A stretch of 64,000 nucleotides of DNA from Mayamaea pseudoterrestris (Eukaryota). A model generated the notes under the pieces. The model was not told the DNA's origin. It worked only from the letters and a program-made list of their open reading frames with translations, and made no database searches. Below, piece by piece: positions 12,401-24,693 of this stretch (within the stretch, counting starts at the first letter, position 1; each line of letters begins with the position of its first letter). The translations under genes and the position numbers were made by a program. The stretch spans positions 62,001 to 126,000 of the forward strand of contig BROI01000011.1 in NCBI GenBank assembly GCA_027923505.1, in the 5' to 3' direction.

Positions 12401-13375
12401 ATCCTGCGACAATTCTAGCTCCCCAACCTCTATCAAAATGCCTTCGACAAGGTCAATGGTCAGAATGGGCGGCCATTCGTTTCCATCTAGTCCGTTTTGG
12501 TCACGAGGTTGATCCTGCATCGAACCAACATCCTTCAACATCATTCGCAAGCCACTCGACAACAAGCTTGATGGAACTTCGTCTCGTGGATCCACTGCTG
12601 CAAGAACTGATTCTTCGGCGGATTGCTGCTGTTTTTTCTGCTGATAGTTGCGAGCAAATTGCGCCAGCGTTGGAATGAGCAAAACGGCGAAAAGCTGCAC
12701 AATGTCGAAATAGGCTTCCGGAACGTCATCGTCGCTCAAGTGAATCATCGGATCGACAACCTTTGCAGACTTGCTACTACCACCGACTGTAGTTTGATGC
12801 GTTTCATCTGCATTTCTACTTGCACTACTAGCAGTAAAGTGTCCGTCCCATGCTTCCACCTCATCTTGTGCTGCAGCAGAAACGACATGCAACGAAGCGC
12901 TCCCCTTTTCGCTGAGGCGGCTGCTTGCACCATTCAGAATGGACGACTCGAACGGCTGCTGCTGATTGCTATGACTGCTTGAATTATCGCTACTTTCATG
13001 TCGTTTGCGATTCCTTCCTCCTCGCTTCTTCTTCTTTTTTGCTGCGACTCGTTCCATGCCTTGCCTCGCAATAACTTCCTGCAACATCAATTCGGCGCGC
13101 GTCGTTCCAGCCAATCCATTCACTAATTCTCTCGCTTGACGCCTCGATATTTTGATTCCATACCGACTCGTCAATAGTCGCTGCACATCGACACTTCCAA
13201 CGAGTCCATTGTCGCGTGGATGCTCGCAGGTTTGCAGCAAGGCGCTCAGATATTCCAGTTCCTTGGCGTCGGCAAAGGCCCCAACGTTTCGCTGAAAGTG
13301 AATGCCGGTTCTGCTTGTCGTAGATGCTGCTGCTGCATTGCTACTGCTGCTGGATGTTGCAGTAGATGAAGACAT
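9499..13375 (-). CDS. Large multi-pass membrane protein with STRA6/RBP-receptor-like C-terminus (4 exons; introns about 11037-11111, 10849-10943, 10579-10658)
   Basis: ORFs 11039..13375, 10644..10934 and 9499..10653 join in frame through GT-AG introns. Many TM segments; motifs WVGRIDVPYL, HEAHRHPYIERI and AWRQVFVQAFMPWL. Confidence 0.75.
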
Positions 13376-13741
13376 GATGGTACTGTACTGAAGAACTTGT
13401 AAATGCTCTTGGAGAGAAAACTGGAAGCAAGATCCTGATGTTGCTGTTCGCGGATGAATCCTGCACGCCGCGCCGCCGCGACGGCCTCCAACGAAACAGC
13501 TGAAAAAGTCAAAATGTCATGAATGTTGTGGTTTTCATGTCCGTTGTTGAACACGATGCGACATGAATGCTTCAGGAACTTGTGCATCCATCATCCGGCA
13601 CCATGATGCCATGATGGCTTGTCACAATCGTCGCGTCACAGCCAACCAACACTATTGCTTGGCGACAAACTAATAAGTCGCATACAGAACACAGAACTGC
13701 ATAAACATTTATAATCATTAACAAGACGCTAGATTTTGTAA

Positions 13742-15530
13742 ATGAGTCCAGAACCTGAAACTGAAACTGCTCCAGAGGCTGCCGAGCAATCGGCAACCAT
13801 TACTATTGACAATGGCAATGACGCCGACATGATGGTCGAAAAGCCATGGTAAGATAATGCAAGCGAGCATTCTGCTAGATAACGGAAAAGAAGAAGCTTC
13901 GTCGTCACCAAACATGTCAATGCAGTATCCGTTTTTGGAAGCGCTCATTCATTCGTTCGTTCGATCCACTCACATTATCGCGCCACTCTCACTCTCACTC
14001 TCATGCTAATCAAGGAAAAAGTATTCCACCTACGCACTAGCCATTGATCCCGACCAAAACGACAAGGCTGTTGCATTCAAGGTTTGCAGCTCGACTCGTC
14101 CGCACATGCGCGTCTTTCACTGCGCCTGGTGGTCACATTTCAATTCCTTTTTTCTTTGGTTCAGCATTACGCCACTGCTGGTGGAGATTCGAGACTCGCT
14201 CAACTTGACCAAGGAGCAAGTATGGACGTCATCCATTCTTGGTGTGAGTGGAAGTACCATTATGCGCTTCATGCTCGGGCCGCTGTCCGACAAGTATGGA
14301 GCACGCACCTTGATGAGTCTCATTTTGATTTCGGCCGCCATTCCGACGGCCTGCACAGGACTGATTCAGAGTGCCAATGGATTGTATATTTTGAGGTTAT
14401 TTATAGGAATTGCGGTGAGTTGATTAAATAGTGAAATCCGCTGGTGAAAAAGCCGTCAAGGTTGACTTAATTCACCATTTGCTCTTACTCTTGCACACAC
14501 ACAGGGCGGCAGCTTTGTCACGTGCCAGTACTGGTTGAGCATGATGTTTGCCAAGCAAATTGTTGGCACCGTCAATGGCATTGGAGCCGGCTGGGGAAAT
14601 ACGGGAGGAGGAGCCTCGCAACTCATTATTGGAACCGCGCTCTTTCCGCTCTTTCAGGACGTGTTCTTCAATGGCAATTCAAACTTGGCGTGGAGAACCG
14701 TTTGCATTGTACCAGCCGTAATTGCCATTATGACTGGCATTACCGTATACTTTATCAGTGACGACGCACCAAAGGGCAACTACCGCGAGTTGCAGCGCCG
14801 CGGCTGCATGCCGGAAATTTCGGCTTCTGCATCGTTTCGATCCGGTGCCATTAATTTCAATTCATGGATCTTGTTCTTTCAATATGCCTGCTGCCTTGGC
14901 GTGGAACTGACAATGTACAATGCGGCTGCCTTGTACTTTGCTGATGAGTTTGGTCAATCCACGGGAAAGGCAGCTGCGATTGCGAGCACGTTCGGCTGGA
15001 TGAACATTTTTTCGCGCGGCAGTGGCGGATACGCCAGTGACTGGGCTAATAAGAAAATGGGAATGCGAGGTCGATTGATTGTGCAAACGACGTTTTTAGC
15101 GTTGGAGGGCGCCATTCTGTTGGTGTTTGCGAATGCAAAGTCACTGGCTGGCTCGATTGTGGCCATGACGGTGTTTTGTTTGTTCGCGCAGGCAGCGTCG
15201 GGTTCGTCGTTTGGGATTGTTCCGTACATTAATCCGCAAAACACTGGAAGTGTCTCGGGAATTGTCGGCGCCGGTGGCAATGTGTGTGCTATCGGTTTTG
15301 GGCTGGGCTTTCGGCAGCTATCCTACAAGCAAGCGTTCACGCTCATGGGAAGTCTAGTGCTGGTAAGTTCGCTTCTATCAGCTTTTGTAAATATCAAGGG
15401 ACATCGCGGTATTCTATTTGGACAGGATGAAAATCCCCGCAACGCTGCTCCAGAACCACAGTCGACGTTAATGGTACCGGAAAAGGACCCAGAAACTGCG
15501 GCACCGGATAGCGACAAGGCCAAGGCATGA
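13742..15530 (+). CDS. NRT2: High-affinity nitrate transporter NRT2 (MFS/NNP family); exons 13742-13848, 14015-14414, 14505-15530
   Basis: RPHMRVFHCAWWSHF, GPLSDKYGAR, AGWGNTGGG and FGIVPY..GSVSGIVGAGGN nitrate signatures; both introns have canonical ends and keep the frame. Confidence 0.95.
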
Positions 15531-15892
15531 TGACGCCAATTTTGGTTTGCTTTTTTGAAGTTTTTTCGCGCTTAAAGCGTCATAGTTAAGCATTTCGATT
15601 TTGTTTACACTTTTGTTACAAAGGTTTGGTGTTTAGGCTCATTGCATGCGTATATTCTAACTCGAATTACGTGCGGAGCAACTAAAGTTGCAATGCGCCG
15701 GCTTGCTTGCATGAAACGCCCGTCGATCCACCCGACGCCAATTCGGACGCCTGCCGGTTCCAGTCACGTTACGACACTCACTGTAATCGTCGGACGGCTT
15801 CACCATGGACGAGCATCATCAAACGGCCGCCCATTCAAGTCTCTCAGAATGTCCTTCCTTTGTATTGTAAATTCTATACTACAGCGATATAA

Positions 15893-17206
15893 ATGACTCC
15901 TTCCAATTCCTTCACAAATACAGCATCATCCTTGCGATGGCGAGCTCGTCTGACCAAGGACGCCACGACGACTCCCAATGACGATTCCAATCTGTTGACT
16001 CTCTCCACGACGACTTCGTTTGATTCCGTCACATCCATGAAACCATCATCGAAACGATGGACTCGACAACGAATCATTCAACGAATAATATTTTTCATTT
16101 GCAGTCTCTGCATAGTTTCATCGCTCTACAGTTTGCTGGCGAGTCGCACCATCTTTGTTTGCGTCACGGCTGGCTTGAGCGTCTTTTCGACGCTGGTGTT
16201 AGTGCGGCAACGACTACTACTATCGCATGCTCCAACCGTTAAATCACAATATATTTCCATGAGAAAGCAGCTCCAGTCGTTGCGACTCAAGAATGAACGG
16301 CTGCTGCAGCAGTCGAGTCAATTGGAGGATGACGCGGAAAAGATGAAAACGTTGGAGCAGCAGTTGAAATTACTAGCAGCACGAGGAGCCAAAAGTACTG
16401 CTGCTGCTGCAACTGCTAGCAATCAGCAACACAATGCAAGCAGCCTAACGACGACTGTCTTGCAGTATGCCAAGCTCCAGCAGCAACTGATCAACTTGCT
16501 GGCGACGCAGGTTCAATCCACCATGCTCAAGGCGTTGGTGCTGGCGCATCATGTCGACGATGACGAAAAGGCGACGAAATCATTGCAGCAGCAGCTTGTT
16601 CCACCAATGTATCGATTAAGGATGGAGCAACTTGACCGGCTCGTCAAAAAGCTTCACACCATTCCTGGAGTGACGAGCGTTCACACCGCGTACCTGCAAG
16701 ACTTGCTTCATTGGGAACCGCCACGAACAATTGCTGCCAATGACAACGATGGCGACGACAATGACAATATACAAGCGCACCGCCGCTACGAGACTGCTCT
16801 CGCTGAACATGACAATGGCGAATGCACCAAGCTCGTCCCAATATTGATGCATCAAGTGGAAATGGACGCGACGCTGCAAACGTTGTCTTGCAACAAGTCC
16901 AGGCAAAAGCTAGCCTTTGGAACGACGCCGCGGGGCACCCATGCGTTCTTCACACCCTTTCGCAAGGATTATCATGTCACTGATAACGATGATGCAACTA
17001 CGAAGAATACTAGTCTTGGATCAAAGCCGACGAATCGACAACAACCACCGGTGGTGGTATTTGGTATGCACATTGACGGCATGGTCCATTCACGAGTAAA
17101 GGAAGGATTGGAAGGAAAGGAAGGCGACCGATGGAACGGAAAGGAGACGGTGGTTGATCGTCCAAGAACCAAACCAAGCCCAAAGGGAAGTTTGCATAGT
17201 TGTTGA
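15893..17206 (+). CDS. Hypothetical protein with two TM helices and a coiled coil
   Basis: 437-aa ORF; two hydrophobic segments near the N-terminus followed by a heptad-rich Gln/Leu region. Confidence 0.65.
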   Translation: MTPSNSFTNTASSLRWRARLTKDATTTPNDDSNLLTLSTTTSFDSVTSMKPSSKRWTRQRIIQRIIFFICSLCIVSSLYSLLASRTIFVCVTAGLSVFSTLVLVRQRLLLSHAPTVKSQYISMRKQLQSLRLKNERLLQQSSQLEDDAEKMKTLEQQLKLLAARGAKSTAAAATASNQQHNASSLTTTVLQYAKLQQQLINLLATQVQSTMLKALVLAHHVDDDEKATKSLQQQLVPPMYRLRMEQLDRLVKKLHTIPGVTSVHTAYLQDLLHWEPPRTIAANDNDGDDNDNIQAHRRYETALAEHDNGECTKLVPILMHQVEMDATLQTLSCNKSRQKLAFGTTPRGTHAFFTPFRKDYHVTDNDDATTKNTSLGSKPTNRQQPPVVVFGMHIDGMVHSRVKEGLEGKEGDRWNGKETVVDRPRTKPSPKGSLHSC

Positions 17207-17345
17207 CGAATGTGTGTCATTACCACTGGGCAGTTTATGTTCGCGAAGCTAGTAAATGGACTGTACATTTATTTCGATTTACAGTTAAGCGTTGGTGATA
17301 GTTTCGATTAGCTCCTTGATCAAGAGCTCTACATGGACGATGACA

Positions 17346-17782
17346 CTAAATGTTCATAAACCGCCGAGGTATGCGCGTCGAAATAACGTCATTGCAGCCC
17401 AAATCGAACGATGGCTCCTTGTCATCAGGGCAAGAGTCGTAGCTATCGTGAAGCTGGATCTGACACATTGTAAGACCGTGGAAAGTGGAAATACTCGCAG
17501 CGCGCAGCTTCACTCAGTTACCATCGCATCATCACTTTCTCTAAAAGCTTCCAAGAAGAGCGTCGCTCGCATGACTGGACTCTCTAGTCGAGGACTTTGT
17601 TTTAGAGCCATGAGCTTGCTTCTTCGCCAATTTTTGGATGGCGATCCGGACGACGATGTTTCGCTTGAGAGGTGCATGGAGTCGTCGCTGTTGAGCCGGG
17701 GTCGCTTGACTTGATGGACCGAAACGCTGGAAGGACTATCCGTAAGGTGCTTGCGATCCATATTGGTAAATAGGTAGGCCAT
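17346..17782 (-). CDS. Small Ser-rich hypothetical protein (exons 17782-17522 and 17459-17346)
   Basis: A GTAACT donor after ...DDAM and a TCAG acceptor give an in-frame second exon (IQLHDSYDSCPDDKEPSFDLG...MNI*). KRPRL resembles a nuclear localisation signal. Confidence 0.5.
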
Positions 17783-18559
17783 GATTGTTTCGAAGGGGTT
17801 GGATGCTATTGTGAGACGGGAGTTGTCCGGCAGTCCGGCAGAGCAAATCAACGAAAGAACACTCCATCCTTCGGTTTCACGACTGTCGGTCACTAATGAT
17901 ATTCTTCGCTTAACCATCAACGACTAGTGCCTCGAGTACAGATATGCCCCAGCGGATAACTCCGTCATCGACAAAATATCTACATTGCCCGGCATGACCG
18001 ATTTGATACAATGACGGAGTCGTAAAGCCAATTTAGGCCAATCATGTTGCGTCGAATGATCGATGGAATGTCAAATGCGCGAGCCCCAAAGTCATTCGGT
18101 CATACTCGTATCATTATCCCTTCACCTAACGATTTGACTATTCCTCCAGTAGCAATACCGTCGGTAGGAGGAAACGCAATTAGCTGCAAACCGCGCTTTC
18201 TGTAGTAGAATGTTTACAAATTATGTGTTGTCGTCTGGCAGCTCAGCTCATTTACAAAATTGGATCTCAATACACATGCGATTGGCAATCCTAGGGGAAG
18301 ATGCGACATGTGCCAACGCTTTCGAAGTATTTACAACCAGGAGAGAAAGGAGCTTTCTAAAAAGGACCTACAGATCGTCATTTGTCCATTCACCAGTCCA
18401 GTGGTGAACTGCGCTATGTTACGACGTAAAGTGTACTTGTACCAGAGTTGTCAGCTGTCATTTTTCGACGGGCACCCATGTTCTTTCTGATAAGTCAAAT
18501 CAGTTTCTATATATGGACGACGACGAGTGTCAATTTTATCTATGTGCAACAGTAATCAA

Positions 18560-20272
18560 CTAGAGAATCTCGATAATCTCCGGCACTTTTTTGGCAAAGG
18601 TAGGCGGAGGCTTCATCGTACGAATAACATCGAGAGCACTTAGCTTGGCACCGGATGTTGGAGGATTAGGAGCATTGGTGGTGAAAGCGGCAGCAGCTCC
18701 AGTAGCAAATGTGACAATCTTGGTCGCGGTGGCTGGCCCATCCACAACGATAACGCAGTCGTCGTCATCACTATTGTCGTCTACATTGGTCACATCAGCT
18801 GGATGCTGCAACGTCCAGGCATCGTGAGCTTTCAAAAAGGCAAGCGGAACGCCATTCTTGTTTTGCTCCTTTAAGTTGAACATGACATCCTGGAGCGATT
18901 CAATGACCTCCGTGAGCCAAGCATAAGAAGGACTTATCGTTGCCGCTGCATTCAAAGCCGCCGCAGCTGAGTTTTTTGATACTCCAGTGGCAGCGGCAGC
19001 GTCCGCTTTTGCTGACTCACCGCAAATGCGGGGGACGACGCAATCAACAAAGTACGCTCGTGGAAGGTCGCGAAACCATTTCATGGACCGCTTTTCCAAC
19101 TGCAGCAATTCAATCAGTTTCATCTTGGCGTCTGAATTCGTCGCCACCGTGCTCAATACTTGTCGCGTTGCATCATGATTCAAAATCCACGACGAAGCAA
19201 ACATGGCTGGATCCGTTCGCCAAACGTCCAGACTCCCGCTTTGGAGCTGCTTCAACTGTTCATCTTCAATCGCGCGTCGGCGCTTGCGAGCGTCCTCCTT
19301 GCGCGACACTTCGGATTGGCGACGTGCTTCATCCATCTTCTTGGCTTCGTCTAGCTCCTCGCGCGTAGTAATAATGTCAATCATGACAGAGTCGACTGAA
19401 ACATGCATCTGTTGCGTTGCTGGTACTTTGGCAAAGACTGGATGCTTGCGTGGTGGAGCTTGTCGTTGTTGCTCCTGCTGCTTGGCGACTAGTTTTCGAA
19501 TCGATGTGAGCACTTCGAATGTATCCGAAAATCCCATACCTTGCAACTGTCCTAGCAAATGTCGTTCCTGATCGTTATGTGGCACTTCATCGGGCAGTGC
19601 GTACTCCGTTTTGACGTAGACTGGAGCCGTTCCCGGTGCTGCTGCAGCTGCGTGAAAAGAATTGTTTGAAAACGAGTTTGCAAAAGCCATCTGGTCTTGA
19701 TGATGGTTCGCAGCCGCCCCGACTGCGTCATAATCCAGTCGCCCATGTACATGCCGTCGCTTAGGAGACTTTTGCCGCGAGCGAGGAACTGAAAAAGCAG
19801 CCCCATCCGTAGTCAAATCAAAGCTTGTCCGTTTCCGCGAGTTTGGACTAGCCATTGCTCCAGGAGTAGCTTTGCTTTCGGCTGCATGAGACATTGAATG
19901 ATGCATGTTCGGCATGGCAGCATTAGCTTGTCGGACGGCAGACGCAAAGGCTGGAGATTGCATCGTGCTTGTGGCTGCTCCAGCCGTCACGCTGGCGTAG
20001 CTTGGTGCAGCCGCCGCCACATGCGCTGGCGGTGCAGGATTCGGAGGAAGCAGCAAGGTCGCCGCTGCCAAGGCTTGAACTGCTTCTGGATTCACAGTCG
20101 TGCAGGATTCATCCGTATAAAAGTAACTGTTGATCTTGTCAACGAGGATGTGCTTGCGGGCGCCGGAAAAGTTGCGAGGACGGCCGGACGGATGATCACA
20201 GACGAATGGTAGATCCTTGAGAGCAGTCAAAACTTTCTTCAATTGATCCACTGCAAAATTAAAAAGAGGCAT
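18560..20272 (-). CDS. Hypothetical nuclear protein with SAP-like N-terminus, UBA-like segment and SIM-like motifs
   Basis: 570-aa ORF; VDQLKKVL...SGARKHILVDKI, LQGMGFSD, DDDDCVIVVD and C-terminal PEIIEIL. Confidence 0.75.
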   Translation of the reverse strand: MPLFNFAVDQLKKVLTALKDLPFVCDHPSGRPRNFSGARKHILVDKINSYFYTDESCTTVNPEAVQALAAATLLLPPNPAPPAHVAAAAPSYASVTAGAATSTMQSPAFASAVRQANAAMPNMHHSMSHAAESKATPGAMASPNSRKRTSFDLTTDGAAFSVPRSRQKSPKRRHVHGRLDYDAVGAAANHHQDQMAFANSFSNNSFHAAAAAPGTAPVYVKTEYALPDEVPHNDQERHLLGQLQGMGFSDTFEVLTSIRKLVAKQQEQQRQAPPRKHPVFAKVPATQQMHVSVDSVMIDIITTREELDEAKKMDEARRQSEVSRKEDARKRRRAIEDEQLKQLQSGSLDVWRTDPAMFASSWILNHDATRQVLSTVATNSDAKMKLIELLQLEKRSMKWFRDLPRAYFVDCVVPRICGESAKADAAAATGVSKNSAAAALNAAATISPSYAWLTEVIESLQDVMFNLKEQNKNGVPLAFLKAHDAWTLQHPADVTNVDDNSDDDDCVIVVDGPATATKIVTFATGAAAAFTTNAPNPPTSGAKLSALDVIRTMKPPPTFAKKVPEIIEIL

Positions 20273-20835
20273 TAATTAAAGTATATAAGAAAACCAACAG
20301 AAGCGCTTAATGTCGAAGTGGAGCAATGGTGAGCAGCAAGCGACTCACCCTTCAAGTCGGCGATACGTCCATAATACATGCAGTGATTTCCATATCCAAT
20401 CGTTCGGATAATCCAATCGCAAATTTCATCTGGTAATGGAGTCGTCATTTTTATGTTAACGGCTTGAGTGAAAGCGGCTGCGATATTGAGATTTTTAGCA
20501 AGGAGACATGCAGTGAAAAACCTCACTCGCTCTTTCCCATGGTGGCGCCGACGCGTCGAATTTTTGGCGGGTGTCGCAAGGGGAGCGACGGATATCGGAT
20601 GGCGCGACTAGTTTAGCTAGCTGGTTACTGTCTACAAGGTCCAAGGGTCATTCCACAACCGAGAGCTTTACAGCTCGCAATTTAGTACAATGGCCAACGC
20701 TTTATTCGTCATATGTAGGTTTGCTTCTAGTTAGATACAATAAAAACAAGTGATCAACATCAAAATGGAAACGGCAGGCGTCGCAGCTCCCCGTCATTAC
20801 AAAACTTCGCCAGCTTTCCTCATTACGGACGGTAT

Positions 20836-23800
20836 TCAGCAAAACAGCATGCCAGCATCACCGCTTGAATCTACCAAATCTTCGCATTCACGCACTAGCT
20901 CGGCAACCACTTCCTCTCCACGAACTTCCCATTCCGCACGGTTTCTCGTCGCATAGTTTAAACACTCATCACTGTTTACGCCAAACACCTTGCATTCCTT
21001 CAGTTTCTTTGCCAAGGGTATGACATAATTATCAAAAAAGCCTAATTCGCCCTTGTACCAGAAAGATGCTGGATCCACAGCCATTCTATTGGAGCGGTAC
21101 GCAATGGTGAGTTCTCGGAAAAGCAAGCGATTCCACTTGCGGTAGATATGCCAATGCTGCATGGTATGAGACACATCAGAGGCCTGGATGATATGCTCAA
21201 GGACAATGGTTGCACGCAACGTGTTCTGGTCAATTCCATTGCATGCTTCCGGCGCAAACGCCTTCTCCCACCGGCTCTTGCGTAAGGCACCCAGCTGAGG
21301 ATCAAAAATGTCCGTTGCCATCACCTCATTCACAACAATTTGACGAAAGCGCTTGTATTCAGTCATATTAGCAAACAACATGCGCCGCAAGTCGGCAAAC
21401 TGATCCGTCATGAGCAGCGTCGACGCAATCTCGAGCGAATTTTGCTCCGCCAAGCTTTGGTGCTTGAAATGGTCCGCCAATAAGGGCTCTTCCTTGGCTG
21501 ATTGAACATTCGAAACACCGCGATGGTCAACATCGTGAATGAGAGCAGAGAAGACAATTGCAAAGTGAGCCAACGGGTCCGAGTTGATGCCCAGTGTATA
21601 ACTGTGCAAAAGCGCCAGCGTCTTGTCCTTGTCGTTGATGCACGCCTTGACTTCTTCCTCGTCGGCCACTTCCAAATCCGGTGCGACGATACGCTTCAAG
21701 TGTTTAGCAACGCTCATGGTGACATGACAGGCATGTTCAAAGTTGTGAAAGGGATTGCTGTCGCGATACATGCTGGCAATGATGGAAACGTACTCCCGCA
21801 ACTGTTGGTGGACGGTAGAATTAATCTCAATCTCGCGCCAGTCGCAATCCTTGATGTCAACATCAGCGTCAAACTTGGCAAGAGTAATGGACTCGACAAC
21901 CTCATCAATGCCAATTAATCCTCCAGACAAGTCAAAGGACTGGTCGACATTGTTATCATTCGACTGGCTTGGCAAGAACGGCGAAGCGGCTCTCTTGACA
22001 ATTATTTGCTTGAGAAACTCGGAAAGGAGCTCCGTCATCCAATCCACCTTGCGATCACGCCTGAGTGCAGCTTCCGCATTCTCATTCGACGGCACAGCGG
22101 CATCAAGCATAACATCGTCCTGGTCGCTACTGTGCGTGCCGCTGGAGGCGACACTGTTGGACAACTTTTTCGTTTGAGTGCGCAGCCAAAAGGTTCGAAG
22201 AACTCCCTTGCCCTTGGCATTGACAGCATCTTCACGGGGCGTCAGCCAGTGGCCTTTGCCAGCCAATGTCAATAAGGTTGCAGTGTCTTGTGACACTTGG
22301 ATCCGTTCTCGAACGCCAGTTCTGTGTTGATTAAAGCAAAGGATGAGAGTGTGCATGCGAGCTACCGTCCAGCACTTGAAAACCAGACAGTGGATACTTA
22401 CGACTCCATGCGCGAAGCTGTATTGACAGTATCTCCAAATAGCTAACGACAAGTGAGCGCGGTGTGAGTATTGAGATAAATTGCCGCTGCAAACGAAAAA
22501 GGCGACCTATAAGAAGTCGCTTACCTGAAATCGGCTCTTGTCGCCTCTAAGGACGCCAGCAGTCACTGGTCCAGAATGCAAACCAACTCGCATACGCAAG
22601 TCCGTCGTATCCGGACCAAGGGTTGTCTCCAGTTTCTGGGTGACTTCAGTCATTTTGATCATGCACTCACTGGCGAACCGAGCCATGATAACGGCGTGGC
22701 TTGCCTGTGGATCGGGCAAGCCAGTCACAGCCACGTAGCAATCGCCGACGGTCTCAACTTTGAAGACTTTGCGGCTCTTGGCAATTTCGTCAAACGAGTT
22801 GTATATAGCTTCCAACAATTGGAATACTTGGGATGGGTCCCTGGTTGATGACCAAGCTGTGAAGCCTGCGGATAGAATGAGGCAGATTGACGTTAGCCAT
22901 TGCTAAAATCACTCTACAGCGCAAACTTAAAATGTGATGCGCATGCACTTACCCGAAATGTCCGCGAATAGAACGGTACAAGCAGGGAATAAGTCAGCGA
23001 TACATGATTTGCCTTGCTCGTCGCCTCCAAGGAATTTGTTCAGCTTTTGATTCTTGGAAGATAAAAGGTCGTTTTGGGGGCTGTGTTGCATCAACTTGTC
23101 GGCCACACTTTTTGGAAACAGGGACTGGACAATCTTGGTGGTTTGCACGGCGCGGTGCAATACCAAGTTCTGCCGGCGCTCCACCAAGCGATCATAGACC
23201 AAAAACATTACAAAGGTGAACACAAAGACCATGGCAACGGCAAAGGTGATGAGCGCCGGCAGGTTGGTCCGGTAGTCATCCAGCATGAGTTGCGTCGGGT
23301 ATGAAGTCATTTGATACGTGCACTCGTCTTGATAGAGTGGAACGCCATGCGGACTGCCATCATCAACTGTGGCAACGTCGGCAAACGTGGCAGTCTTTCT
23401 CATGTGTTCAAACTTGTCGTCATGCAAATCGCCCAAACCAACTGGATCTGGTTCGTGCCCTGTAATCTTGAAGGTGTAAACGTCGCCGCAGTTATTGTCG
23501 AGAACCATGTTGATGCCGCGAATCTGGTCTGGTAAAACGTTGACAAAGTAGCTCTCCCATCGAATCAGCGCCACTAGTAGGGCCACTGGCTTTTTGGTTG
23601 CCTCATCAAAGCTGTCAAAGATAGGCAAGTAGATTCGCGTTAATGGGCTTGTAACGTATGGGAAGACGCGCTTCTTGGAGATGGAGAGTAGCGTAGTGTA
23701 GAGCTTGGTTTCGATTTCATCCACTGGGAATTCAAAGTTGCCCATGGTCACCGAGCCTGTCGAAATGCTTGCATTGGCAGCGTGCGTCGCAGAAGGATCA

Positions 23801-24693
23801 GTCAAGAGGTTGCGATTAACGAGTGTCCGTATAAAGACAGGTGACGTTTCCCATGTAGGCAAGAATGGTCCATTGGAGCGTTCAATAATGGCATCTCCCT
23901 CCTCGTCGAGTGTGAATATATGATTCGCCATTCCGTTCAGCGTCAGGGTCTCTTCGAGCGTCACCCGCTGTACAACCTCCTTGGCGTCAAACTTTAAGTC
24001 GTACTGGCCGTAGCTCAAGCTCTTTTCGTACTCCAAGTCGCGCGCATGCCACTGGGCTGCGTCACCGTGAAACGAATACTGCTCCCACTCGTTGCGCTGT
24101 TCCAAAGTGACGAGCGGGTGCATTGTCACCAACAGGGCTCCGGAGATTGCGCGTGTTGGAATGGCACGATGTTGAAATGCCGATAGTGTCGTAAAAGGGT
24201 ACGATGTGTTGGAATCCAAAGCATGAGCTGTTGCTGCGACTGTCAAAGAACTTACTGCTCCAAGCTTTCCTTCCGCAATGTGATGGAACGTTTCTGCGTC
24301 AAGAGGAGAGAATTCGAGTGACGAAATGTCAGACGATTAGACAAATGGCAAGCAAGTCCTCCTCGATCGGATCAAGTCTAGCGGTGACAGCAAACATCGA
24401 CCATCGCAGTGCATAATAAACGTACCGAGCAGCTTTTCGGAGGATGAAAAGTAAGTACTGGCAAAGGAGGAGTACTGCGCTTTGGAACTCACGAAATAGA
24501 CAACGGTGGAAATAGCAATACCGGCTAGAAGCATGATGAGCAAGACGGCTCGTTTCAACATTGTAACATGCTGACTCTCGCGTTGAAACATGAGCTCCTT
24601 CTCCTCGAGCATTTCTTGTCCACTCCGACTCGATGCATTGGATGTGCTCAAGTCAGCCTTGGATCCACTGCTTTCGCTGCTGCTGGAGCTCAT
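20836..24693 (-). CDS. Receptor-type class III nucleotide cyclase / HD-type cyclic nucleotide phosphodiesterase fusion, copy 1 (5 exons)
   Basis: TM, extracellular sensor (CHASE-like) and TM, then VLFADISGFTAWSS, KVETVGDCY, RVGLHSGPVTAGVL, a 41-nt exon LFGDTVNTASRMES (22402-22442), then PDE motifs FHNFEHA, IHDVDH, MATD and QASDVSH. Confidence 0.92.

Noticed and set aside
17959..18020. 10-bp inverted repeat ACTCCGTCAT / ATGACGGAGT
   Set aside because: A few stems of this size are expected by chance in 64 kb, and no RNA family features were recognised.
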